DNA from: an uncultured Caldilineaceae bacterium
Lineage (GTDB): Bacteria > Chloroflexota > Anaerolineae > Caldilineales > Caldilineaceae
Reading direction: 5' to 3'
Assembly: GCA_942490705.1 (NCBI GenBank)
Contig: CALNXY010000002.1
Span: 103,980-167,979 of the forward strand
Length of the DNA stretch: 64,000 nt
The notes under the pieces were generated by a model, which searched no databases, was not told the origin of the DNA, and saw only the letters and a program-made list of their open reading frames with translations. This document shows positions 36,781-44,834 of the stretch, piece after piece. A program made the position numbers and the translations under genes. The first letter of the stretch is position 1. The number at the start of each line of letters is the position of its first letter.

Positions 36781-39700
36781 ATGGCGCGACCCCTGTTTGA
36801 TTCCGAATACATCTTTGGTATCCATGAGCCCGGCGGCGAGCAGCACATGCTGGCGGCGGGTCATCCTGGCTGGATTCTCTTTTCTGAGGCAGTCGGCCAC
36901 GATCCTCAAGACCGCAGCGGTGTGGACTTCTCATCGTATAGCGAGCAGGGCCTGGGCGTGATCTGCCGAATCAACAACGGCTACGAACCCGACGGTACGA
37001 TTCCGCATAGCTCGCTCTACGAGCAATTTGCGCGCCGCGTCGCCAACTTCGTTGCGACGAGCCGCGGCTGTCACATCTGGATGCTCGGCAACGAGATGAA
37101 CTACGCTGCCGAGCGCCCGGGCATCGTGATTGATTGGACGCGCCACAATACGACCCGCGGCGGTGCGCCTGAGATTGCCGACCCCATGCGCCGTGGCGTT
37201 GGCGTCCGCTTCAACGCATTGCCCGATCGCAGCACCGAGATTCGTACGACGCGGGGCGCGATTGTAAGTTCCGGCGAATTGATCACGCCAGAACGCTACG
37301 CACGCTGCTACCGCCTCTGTCGCGACGCCATCCATCGCTTACCCGGTCACGAAGCGGATCAGGTGCTCGTCGGTGCGGTGGCGCCGTGGAACACACAGAC
37401 GATTTATCCCGGCAATGCCAACGGCGACTGGATCCAATACTTTCGAGATATCTTGCAGATGCTCGGCCCGGAGCAGTGCGACGGTTTTGGGCTGCACGCC
37501 TACACCCACGCGGATGAGGCTGAGCGAATTGCCAGCGAGACCAAATTAGCCACGCCTTTTCAGCACTATCACCAAGAGTTTCACGTCTATCGCGATTTCT
37601 TGCAGGCAGTGCCGCCTTCCATGCGCCATCTGGCTGCCTACATGGTGGAGGCAGGCCCGACTGAGCCGTGGATCGATACCAATACGGGGTGGGTTCAACG
37701 AGCCTACGCGGACGTGGCCGAATGGAACGCCACGCCCGAGAATCAACAAATTCGAGCCGTAATTCTCTATCGCTGGCCCCGGGTCGATCGCTGGTTTATT
37801 GACGGCAAGTCCGGCGTCATCGAGGATTTCCAGGCGGCGTTGGCTCATCCCTACCGCTGGAGTGGGGGCGAGGCGACCGAAACGCCGCCGGCGCCCGTGG
37901 CCGAAGCGCTTGCACCGCCATACCGTGTCGCCTGGCTCGATGATCGCTTCCCTGAGCATCTGCTGGTTGGCGAGACGATCACCGTGCCGCTCACCTTGCG
38001 CAATGAAGGTCGTGAAGCGTGGGATTGGGGAGGCGGTAATCCCTTCCGCCTCGGCTATCACTACTACCGTAACCGCCGGCGCTTGCCCCTGCCGGCTGCG
38101 CTCGATCTGCGCACAGATATCCCCAATGACGTGCCGCCCGGCGCTACCGTCACGGTCGACGTGCGCATCGCCTTGCCCGAAGCCCCGGGTAACTACACGC
38201 TGGAGCTCGATCTGATTCAGGAGGGCGTGGGTTGGCTCAAAGATCAAGGCTCGCCGGTGCTGACGCGCTGGCTTACTGTCGAAGATACGCGCCCATCGCC
38301 TGCTGCAAATGGCGATGCCCCGCATGCAGAAGATGGACAAACCAGTGGGCTGGTGCCGCTCTTCAAAGACGTGAGCGCGGTGTTGCCGCGCTCTGGCGTT
38401 GCCTATGCGCGTCGCAGCCTCGATCAGGTCCGCTATCTCGTCATTAGTCATACGGGCGTCGATCCGCGGGTGCGCCTGGACGCCCTGGCCCAATCTCATT
38501 TGCGTCATGGCTATCCAGGCATAGCCTATGACTTTGTCATCGACCAGACGGGGCAGATATTGCGCGTCTCGCAATTGGAAGAGGTGGCTGAACCGCGTCA
38601 ACCCTGGTCATTGCAGGGTGTGAACATCGGCATGTTGGGGAATTTCAGCCATGATCCGCCGCCTTTGGCGCAGATTGATGCAGCCAGCCGCCTCTGTGCA
38701 TGGCTGGCCCAAAATCTTACGCTGGCGCCGGACGCAATCGTTGGACTGGGCGAGCTTACCCGCGGCGAGAGCCCCGGCCGTACTTTCTATCAGGGTCCCC
38801 AATGGCAGGCGCTGTTGCGGCGTCAGGTGCAACTCCACCTGGCCGTCCTTGGCCGGGGGGCAGAGGAGAGCAGGGCCAATGCGTTAGACGAGGAACGCAG
38901 CGCCTGGGCGACAGAAAAACAGGCACTGGAAGCGGAACTGAACCAGGCGCAAGCAGCGGTGCGCAGGCTGGAAGCGCTGCGCGAGCAGCTTCAGTTGGAG
39001 ACGGCCGATCTACGGCGACAATTTGAGGCGAAGCCTGAATCCATGGAGGGGCGGCCCCTGATCCGCAACGTCAGCGATTCACTGCCGCGTGATCCGGCCC
39101 GTTATCGCTTGCGCAGGGGGGATGACGTGCGCAGCGTCATTATCAACCACAGCGGCGCGCCGGCCGATTTGCCCCTTACCAAGATTGCCGAGCGTCATAT
39201 GCCCGACTGGCCCGGTATTCTCTTCGATTTTTGTATTGAACCGCAGGGCATGATCTTGCAAACCCAGCCGCTTGATGAAGTAGCGGACTCACCTCAGCCT
39301 TACGTTTCTCAAGCGATCAATGTGGCCTTTCTGGGCGATTTTGGTGATGATCTACCCACCAACGAGCAACTCTATGCCGGCGGTCAGCTCATCGCCTGGC
39401 TCTTGCGCCGCTATCCTCACCTCTCGATCGATGCCATCAAAGGCTTGAGCGAGGTGACAGATCATGAGTCGCCTGGCGAACAGTGGCTGCAGGGCGTGGG
39501 GTGGCGCGATGAATTGTTGGCCAACGTGCGACGGGCCGGCGGTCTGATTGACCCCAGCGAGACCGAGCAGGCGCTCCGCGCTGAAACGGAAGAATTGACG
39601 CGCCGTCTGCAAGTGTCGGAGCGGAACAATCAGGCTCTGCAGGAGCAGCGTCGCCGTCTGCACGAGGAGAATCAGGCATTACAAACGCAGGTCGCTGCAC

Positions 39701-40590
39701 CCGCACCGGCGACACGCCGCATCGTCGTGCCCCGGCCTGCGCTGCGTGACATCGCCGACAGGCTGCCCCGGCACCCGACAAGCCAATACCCGCAGCGGTC
39801 GCTCAATCAGATTACCCATCTGGCCGTCCACCACACCGCAACCCTGCGTACCGTCGGCCCCATGCGCATTGCCGAAATGCACGTGAATGCCGATCCCAGC
39901 CGCGGCAAAGAGGCCTGGCCCGGTATTGGCTATCACTACTATATTCATGCCGACGGCAATATCGATCAGACCAATCCATTAGAAAACGCGGCCTTCCATG
40001 TTTACCGGCACAATGGCTATACGGCCGGCATTGCCTTTGCCGGCAGCTTCATGAATGGCTCGACGCCCACTTCGGCCCAACTTCGTTCCGGCGCGCATCT
40101 GCTCGCCTGGCTGATGCAAGAATTGGACATCCCGCTGGCGCGCGTTTGGGGACATCGAGAGTTCCCCGATAATGTCACCGTCTGTCCGGGCAGTGAGTGG
40201 ACCGGCGGCAAGCGCTGGCGTGATGAACTATTCGAGCAGATCGAGCAGATTCAAAACGGAATCGGTATCAAAAGCGTGCGTCATTACCTGCTCTTCTGGC
40301 AGCGACCCTATCCCGGCCCGTTGGCACAGCGTGACTACATCAACGCCGTTGGATACGTGGCGCGCTTCCGCCCCACGGTAGGGTTCAGCCCGGAAGACGC
40401 TCGACAAGCGGAATACGTGACAATTGTGGGGGGGCAGTCGGGTGTTCCCGCTGCTATTGAGCAGATGCTGCGCGACAGCGGCTGTAAGGTTGAGCGCATC
40501 GCCGGGCGCGATGATGAGGAAACTGGCCGGATGCTGGCCGAGCTGGTGCGGCTGGATCGTCGCTTCCGTACCTTTGATGTAGATTTCTAA
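36781..40590 (+). CDS. Multi-domain cell-wall hydrolase: paralogous glycosidase-like domain, Ig-like domain, three amidase_2 (PGRP-type) modules separated by coiled coils, C-terminal cell-wall-binding-like domain
   Basis: 1269 aa, beginning 12 nt after the previous stop. The N-terminal roughly 350 aa align with the preceding gene (MARPLFDS..., GNEMNY, VLVGAVAPWN, ILYRWPR.D.W). The third amidase module keeps HHT...GHREF...CPG; modules 1 and 2 have L and S at the latter two positions. Heptad-like Q/E/R/L-rich linkers join the modules. Confidence 0.8.
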   Translation: MARPLFDSEYIFGIHEPGGEQHMLAAGHPGWILFSEAVGHDPQDRSGVDFSSYSEQGLGVICRINNGYEPDGTIPHSSLYEQFARRVANFVATSRGCHIWMLGNEMNYAAERPGIVIDWTRHNTTRGGAPEIADPMRRGVGVRFNALPDRSTEIRTTRGAIVSSGELITPERYARCYRLCRDAIHRLPGHEADQVLVGAVAPWNTQTIYPGNANGDWIQYFRDILQMLGPEQCDGFGLHAYTHADEAERIASETKLATPFQHYHQEFHVYRDFLQAVPPSMRHLAAYMVEAGPTEPWIDTNTGWVQRAYADVAEWNATPENQQIRAVILYRWPRVDRWFIDGKSGVIEDFQAALAHPYRWSGGEATETPPAPVAEALAPPYRVAWLDDRFPEHLLVGETITVPLTLRNEGREAWDWGGGNPFRLGYHYYRNRRRLPLPAALDLRTDIPNDVPPGATVTVDVRIALPEAPGNYTLELDLIQEGVGWLKDQGSPVLTRWLTVEDTRPSPAANGDAPHAEDGQTSGLVPLFKDVSAVLPRSGVAYARRSLDQVRYLVISHTGVDPRVRLDALAQSHLRHGYPGIAYDFVIDQTGQILRVSQLEEVAEPRQPWSLQGVNIGMLGNFSHDPPPLAQIDAASRLCAWLAQNLTLAPDAIVGLGELTRGESPGRTFYQGPQWQALLRRQVQLHLAVLGRGAEESRANALDEERSAWATEKQALEAELNQAQAAVRRLEALREQLQLETADLRRQFEAKPESMEGRPLIRNVSDSLPRDPARYRLRRGDDVRSVIINHSGAPADLPLTKIAERHMPDWPGILFDFCIEPQGMILQTQPLDEVADSPQPYVSQAINVAFLGDFGDDLPTNEQLYAGGQLIAWLLRRYPHLSIDAIKGLSEVTDHESPGEQWLQGVGWRDELLANVRRAGGLIDPSETEQALRAETEELTRRLQVSERNNQALQEQRRRLHEENQALQTQVAAPAPATRRIVVPRPALRDIADRLPRHPTSQYPQRSLNQITHLAVHHTATLRTVGPMRIAEMHVNADPSRGKEAWPGIGYHYYIHADGNIDQTNPLENAAFHVYRHNGYTAGIAFAGSFMNGSTPTSAQLRSGAHLLAWLMQELDIPLARVWGHREFPDNVTVCPGSEWTGGKRWRDELFEQIEQIQNGIGIKSVRHYLLFWQRPYPGPLAQRDYINAVGYVARFRPTVGFSPEDARQAEYVTIVGGQSGVPAAIEQMLRDSGCKVERIAGRDDEETGRMLAELVRLDRRFRTFDVDF

Positions 40591-40630
40591 CTTACTGGAT
40601 CAGCGTACCGACCCTCAAAGGATTGCTGCT

Positions 40631-41494
40631 GTGTCACCTGCCGGCTCATTTCTGACCGAACCACATGCTCTGGGCTCCGCCTATCCAGTCAGCCTGCCCG
40701 ACTTTCAGGGTCCGCTTGATCTGCTGCTGCAGCTGATCGAGAAGGATGAACTTGACATAAATGAGGTGAGTCTGGTCGCTGTGACAGATCAGTATCTTCA
40801 GACGATTGAAGCCATGGACGAAGAGCTGGAGCCGGGAGGGCTGGCCGATTTTCTGGTAATCGCTTCTCGATTGCTCTACATAAAGTCGCGCACGCTGTTG
40901 CCCAAAGCGCCTATGGATGATGAAGAGGAAGAGGAAGATAGCGCTGACGCACTGATCCGTCAGCTGCTGGAATATCGTCTCTTTAAGGAGGTGGCAGGGC
41001 AGTTGCGAACACGCGAGGAGGAAGGACTGCGCGCCTATGTGCGTTTGGCGCCTCGACCGGAACTAGAGCGCCGGTTGGATCTCTCCGATGTGGACATGGA
41101 TAAGCTGCAACGGGCGTTGCGGCGCGCTTTGGCCCGCATTCCCTCAGATCCGCCCATGCCATCGGTCAAGACCTATCCGATTACCGTCGCCGAACAGATC
41201 GATAACGTGCGCAGCTATATCTTCAGTGCCCAACGTCGTCAACAGGGCGCAGGTGAAGGGGTGAGTTTTACCGAGTTGCTCAGTCGAAACCAGACGCGCG
41301 TCGAAGTGATCGTAACGTTCCTGGCTGTCCTTGAACTCATCAAGCAGCGGGAACTGCTGGCCGAGCAGACGAATACCTTTGGCGAGATCATGCTCCAGGC
41401 GGCCCCGCGTGAAAGCGAAGAGGAAGTGGAGGATCCGATGGACGAACCCGTCGGAGGTCAGTCCGATGCCGCGTCAGAGTCAGAATCGCGCTGA
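40631..41494 (+). CDS. scpA: Segregation and condensation protein A
   Basis: 287 aa with a GTG start. FQGPLDLLLQLIEKDELDINEVSLVAVTDQYL is the hallmark ScpA kleisin N-terminus. The C-terminal winged-helix region is VTFLAVLELIKQ. Confidence 0.85.
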   Translation: MSPAGSFLTEPHALGSAYPVSLPDFQGPLDLLLQLIEKDELDINEVSLVAVTDQYLQTIEAMDEELEPGGLADFLVIASRLLYIKSRTLLPKAPMDDEEEEEDSADALIRQLLEYRLFKEVAGQLRTREEEGLRAYVRLAPRPELERRLDLSDVDMDKLQRALRRALARIPSDPPMPSVKTYPITVAEQIDNVRSYIFSAQRRQQGAGEGVSFTELLSRNQTRVEVIVTFLAVLELIKQRELLAEQTNTFGEIMLQAAPRESEEEVEDPMDEPVGGQSDAASESESR

Positions 41495-41512
41495 TGTTGT
41501 AGGCTACCTGCC

Positions 41513-42514
41513 TCAGCGCCGCCGGCGCAGCCGCAGGTAGGAACCGCCCAAAACCCCAGCTCCGCCCAAACTTAACCCGCCCAGGAAAAGCAGCATCGCT
41601 GGTGAACCGCTCGTTGCCGTTGCCACGTTCAGTTGCGTCGCGCCAAAGCCACCGACAGGCGTCACGGTAGGCAGGGGCGTCCACGTCGCCGTGGGCGTAA
41701 ACGTAGGTGAGGGGGTGGCAGTAGGCGTTGGCGAGGGCGTGGCCGTCGGTGACGGCGTCGGTGACGGCGTTTCTGTTGGGGTTGGCGTTGCAGTAGGGAC
41801 CTCAGTTGGAATGACCGCGGCCGCAGCCACCTCGACCGGAGGCGGCGGTTCCGGGGTTGCGGTTGGCGGCACTTCCACCTGCGGCGCACTCTCGTCCGGA
41901 TAGAGGGCGAGGGCATCGACAAAGATCAGATTGTCACCCGTGCTGCGCGGATGGTCGACGAGGAAAAAGACCGTTATGGTTTCCCCCAATGCGCGGGCTT
42001 TGACGTCGATATTCACGTCGGGCGGCGGATAGTTGAGGATACGGCCTTCTCCCCAGTGCATAGGACCCCAGATGACAGTCGGTGCGTTGGGGTCCGTGCC
42101 GCCGGTGGGATCGATACCGAGCTGGCGGCCAAAGGTTTCGGGCGCATTGGGCGCTCCCCAGGCGAGGCTGGCGCGATAGCCGGCCCCTGGCGTCACGGCA
42201 ACCTGGGTATGAATGCCTGCCTTGAAGGTGCCGCCAATGCTGCGGATCATCAGGCTGGGCGCGCCCCAAAAGGTGTCGTGGTGAGAGCTAAAGTTGGGGT
42301 CGCCCTCCAGAACAAACTCCGTCCAGCCATTGGGTATTTCACGGGGCGGGCTGCCGCTAAATCCGCTCATATCGCAGACGGATTGGGGAATTACGTTGGG
42401 TGGATTACATGGCTCTGACGCGAAGACTCTCTGTGGCCAGAGCAGCAGGGCCGTTATCCAAATGAAGGACCCGATCATCAAGATACGGGTCAACGAAGAT
42501 AGATCTCTTTTCAT
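41513..42514 (-). CDS. Secreted protein of unknown function with Pro/Thr linker and C-terminal hydrophobic anchor
   Basis: The ORF was trimmed to the ATG at 42514 (MKRDLSS...). Order: signal-peptide-like segment (IGSFIWITALLLWPQRVFA), about 200 aa globular region, about 70 aa PT-rich linker, then GSPAMLLFLGGLSLGGAGVLGG followed by LRLRRRR. Confidence 0.6.
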   Translation of the reverse strand: MKRDLSSLTRILMIGSFIWITALLLWPQRVFASEPCNPPNVIPQSVCDMSGFSGSPPREIPNGWTEFVLEGDPNFSSHHDTFWGAPSLMIRSIGGTFKAGIHTQVAVTPGAGYRASLAWGAPNAPETFGRQLGIDPTGGTDPNAPTVIWGPMHWGEGRILNYPPPDVNIDVKARALGETITVFFLVDHPRSTGDNLIFVDALALYPDESAPQVEVPPTATPEPPPPVEVAAAAVIPTEVPTATPTPTETPSPTPSPTATPSPTPTATPSPTFTPTATWTPLPTVTPVGGFGATQLNVATATSGSPAMLLFLGGLSLGGAGVLGGSYLRLRRRR

Positions 42515-42737
42515 AGCCAACAGTATAGCCCTCTGCAACGGCAACGACAAAATTTGAAGCAAAACCGACATTGACAACCGGTGCATTCTGGGCCAAACTA
42601 TTGTCTTGAGGCGATGAAGAATGAGCGCCTGCCAGTCGCCATCGGCAACTCGGCCGTGCTTCGCCACACGCAAGATAGATCAGAACACGTGCAATCGATA
42701 CGCTGCAACGTTTCAAGCGCCCAATATCCATACCAAC

Positions 42738-42768
42738 GCCGACCTTCAGTGAGGTCGGCCTACTTTTT
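42738..42768 (+). terminator. Terminator-like hairpin directly upstream of the thrC-like start
   Basis: GCCGACC-TTCAGTGA-GGTCGGC followed by CTACTTTTTG. It ends 15 nt before the GTG at 42784. Confidence 0.4.
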
Positions 42769-42783
42769 GAGGATGCCGAAACT

Positions 42784-43908
42784 GTGATTTTCTTCTGCCC
42801 CACCAGTGATTTTCGCGGCGAGGCTGGGCGTCGACCGCTACGCTGCCCGCTAACAGGAGATCCCCTCGAATTTGGCGAACTGCCCCGCTTTGATCCCGAG
42901 TTGATTGAGCCGATGGCGCCGGGCCTCTGGCGCTACGGCGCCATGCTTCCGGTCGTTGCGGAAGGACGTGAACCGATTACCTTGGGTGAGGGATGGACGC
43001 CGCTGGTCCAAGACACCTGGTATGGCCAACCGGTCCACTGGAAGATGGACGCGATGATGCCAACGGGCAGCTTCATGGACCGCGGTGTGAGCGTCATGGT
43101 GAACTGGCTGGCGGGCATGCCCGACGTCCATCGCCTGGTGGAGGATTCCAGCGGCAATGCCGGCGCCAGCCTGGCTTGCTACGCTGCACGGGCGCGCATG
43201 GATGCCTGCATCTTCGTCCCCGAGCGGACGCCTGCGCCCAAGAAGGCGCAAATATTGACCTATGGCGCCGATCTTGTGGCGCTGCCGGGCTCACGCGCCA
43301 GCGCCGCGCAGGCCGCGTTCAACGACACCCGCTATGACCGCTATAGCGCCTATGCCTCCCATGCCTGGCAGCCTTCTTGGTTGTTAGGACAGATGACGTG
43401 CGCATGGGAGATGTGGGAACAGCTTGGGCGCCGTGCACCTGATTGGGTCATCTCACCGACCGGTCATGGCGGCACGCTTCTGGGCATCTGGCGCGGCTTT
43501 CAGAAATTGCTTGCTGCCGGCTTGATTGATCATTTGCCGCGTCTCGTCGCCGTCCAGGCCGAACCATATGTGCCTTTCTACGAAGCCTTTCACAACGGCT
43601 GGGATCGCTGCCGACCGGTACAGGTCGCTACTGAAACCGTCGCTGAAGCCATTGCCATCAGCAATCCGATCCGCGACGCAACGTTGCTTTCGGCGCTGTC
43701 ACGTTCTCAGGGCACGGTCGTGGCTGTGAATAATGATGAGATTCTGGCTGCACAGGACCGGCTCGCCACCCACGGCATCTTTGTCGAATTGACCAGCGCC
43801 ACGGTGGCGGTTGCATTGGAAAAGCTGCGCTCGGAGATTGGTCCAGATGATCTGGTGACCGCCATAATGATGGGACACGGTCTTAAGAACCCGCCAATTG
43901 AGGTGTGA
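42784..43908 (+). CDS. Threonine synthase-like PLP-fold protein with the canonical Schiff-base Lys replaced by Met
   Basis: 374 aa with a GTG start. It carries MPTGSFMDRG where the family has PTGSFKDRG, plus SSGNAGASLACYAARA and GHGLKNP. The ATG codon at 43075..43077 occupies the Lys position. Confidence 0.7.
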   Translation: MIFFCPTSDFRGEAGRRPLRCPLTGDPLEFGELPRFDPELIEPMAPGLWRYGAMLPVVAEGREPITLGEGWTPLVQDTWYGQPVHWKMDAMMPTGSFMDRGVSVMVNWLAGMPDVHRLVEDSSGNAGASLACYAARARMDACIFVPERTPAPKKAQILTYGADLVALPGSRASAAQAAFNDTRYDRYSAYASHAWQPSWLLGQMTCAWEMWEQLGRRAPDWVISPTGHGGTLLGIWRGFQKLLAAGLIDHLPRLVAVQAEPYVPFYEAFHNGWDRCRPVQVATETVAEAIAISNPIRDATLLSALSRSQGTVVAVNNDEILAAQDRLATHGIFVELTSATVAVALEKLRSEIGPDDLVTAIMMGHGLKNPPIEV

Positions 43909-44025
43909 TCGTGCATCTTATTGCCCGGATCCGCAACCGGTTCGGTTTCGCATAGAGCATCAATAAGTGCTATCATCTCCTTATCGTCAATGATCTCACT
44001 GCAGCCCTGGATTTGAGAAACCGAC

Positions 44026-44820
44026 ATGCAGCCAGACTTTTCTGAACCGATCTACCTGGAACAGCAGTTGGGCGTCCGTGTTCAGGACAGAAAACTACTT
44101 GCCCAGGCCTTTACCCATCGCAGCGTCCTCAACGAAGTGGCAGATGACTCAGTGGTTGACAACGAGCGTCTCGAGTATTTGGGTGATGCTGTGTTGGAAC
44201 TGATTGTCAGTGAATATCTCTTCGAGAAGTTCCCGACGCATTCTGAAGGTGAATTGACCCGACTTCGTTCGATTCTGGTGCGACGCGAGACCTTGGCCAT
44301 CGTGGCCCAGAAGTTTCAGCTTGGGGAATCACTGCGGTTGGGAAAGGGAGAAGAGGAGAGCGGCGGGCGTCAGCGTTCAGCAACCCTGTGCGCCGTCTTC
44401 GAGGCTGTAATCGGCGCAATTTTCGTGGATCAAGGAATCGAGACCAGCCGCAATGTCGTACTCGAACTGCTGGATGACGAAATCCAGCAGCTGACCAGCA
44501 ACTCGACGACCAAAGACCCCAAGAGTCGGCTGCAGGAGTACGTTCAGAGCACCTTTGGCGAAACGCCCCGCTATAAGACCGTCTCCAGCAGCGGGCCCGA
44601 CCATGCCAAACGGTTCGTGCAAACGGTGAATGTGGCCAAGAAGCCCGTTGGGGTCGGCCAAGGGTTGAGCAAGCAGGAGGCAGCCCAGGCTGCGGCCTCG
44701 CTCGCCCTGGTACGTTTGAACCAGCAGGCCCCGGAGTATGTCCCCGATGAACCGCTGGAGGAGAGTTTTACGCTACCTCCGGTGGCCGAGATCTGGGCGC
44801 TGGCGCTGCCCAAAGAGTAA
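44026..44820 (+). CDS. rnc: Ribonuclease III
   Basis: 264 aa. ERLEYLGDAVLE signature and a C-terminal dsRBD (...GPDHAKRF...GQGLSKQEAAQAAA). Confidence 0.9.
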   Translation: MQPDFSEPIYLEQQLGVRVQDRKLLAQAFTHRSVLNEVADDSVVDNERLEYLGDAVLELIVSEYLFEKFPTHSEGELTRLRSILVRRETLAIVAQKFQLGESLRLGKGEEESGGRQRSATLCAVFEAVIGAIFVDQGIETSRNVVLELLDDEIQQLTSNSTTKDPKSRLQEYVQSTFGETPRYKTVSSSGPDHAKRFVQTVNVAKKPVGVGQGLSKQEAAQAAASLALVRLNQQAPEYVPDEPLEESFTLPPVAEIWALALPKE

Positions 44821-44834
44821 GCGAAGCGCTGTGC

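Noticed and set aside
33484-40590. Considered that the hydrolase pair is a prophage endolysin module
   Set aside because: No integrase, holin, capsid, tail or terminase genes and no att-like repeats flank it. The neighbours are housekeeping genes (a cysQ-like gene and scpA). The proteins are also far larger than typical endolysins.
41655-41922. ORFs 41662..41922 (minus strand) and 41691..41903 (plus strand) within the GC-rich periodic DNA
   Set aside because: They are alternative frames of the Pro/Thr-linker-coding repeat of the 41513..42514 gene. Their RRRP-rich or GVGV-rich translations are artefacts of the repeat.
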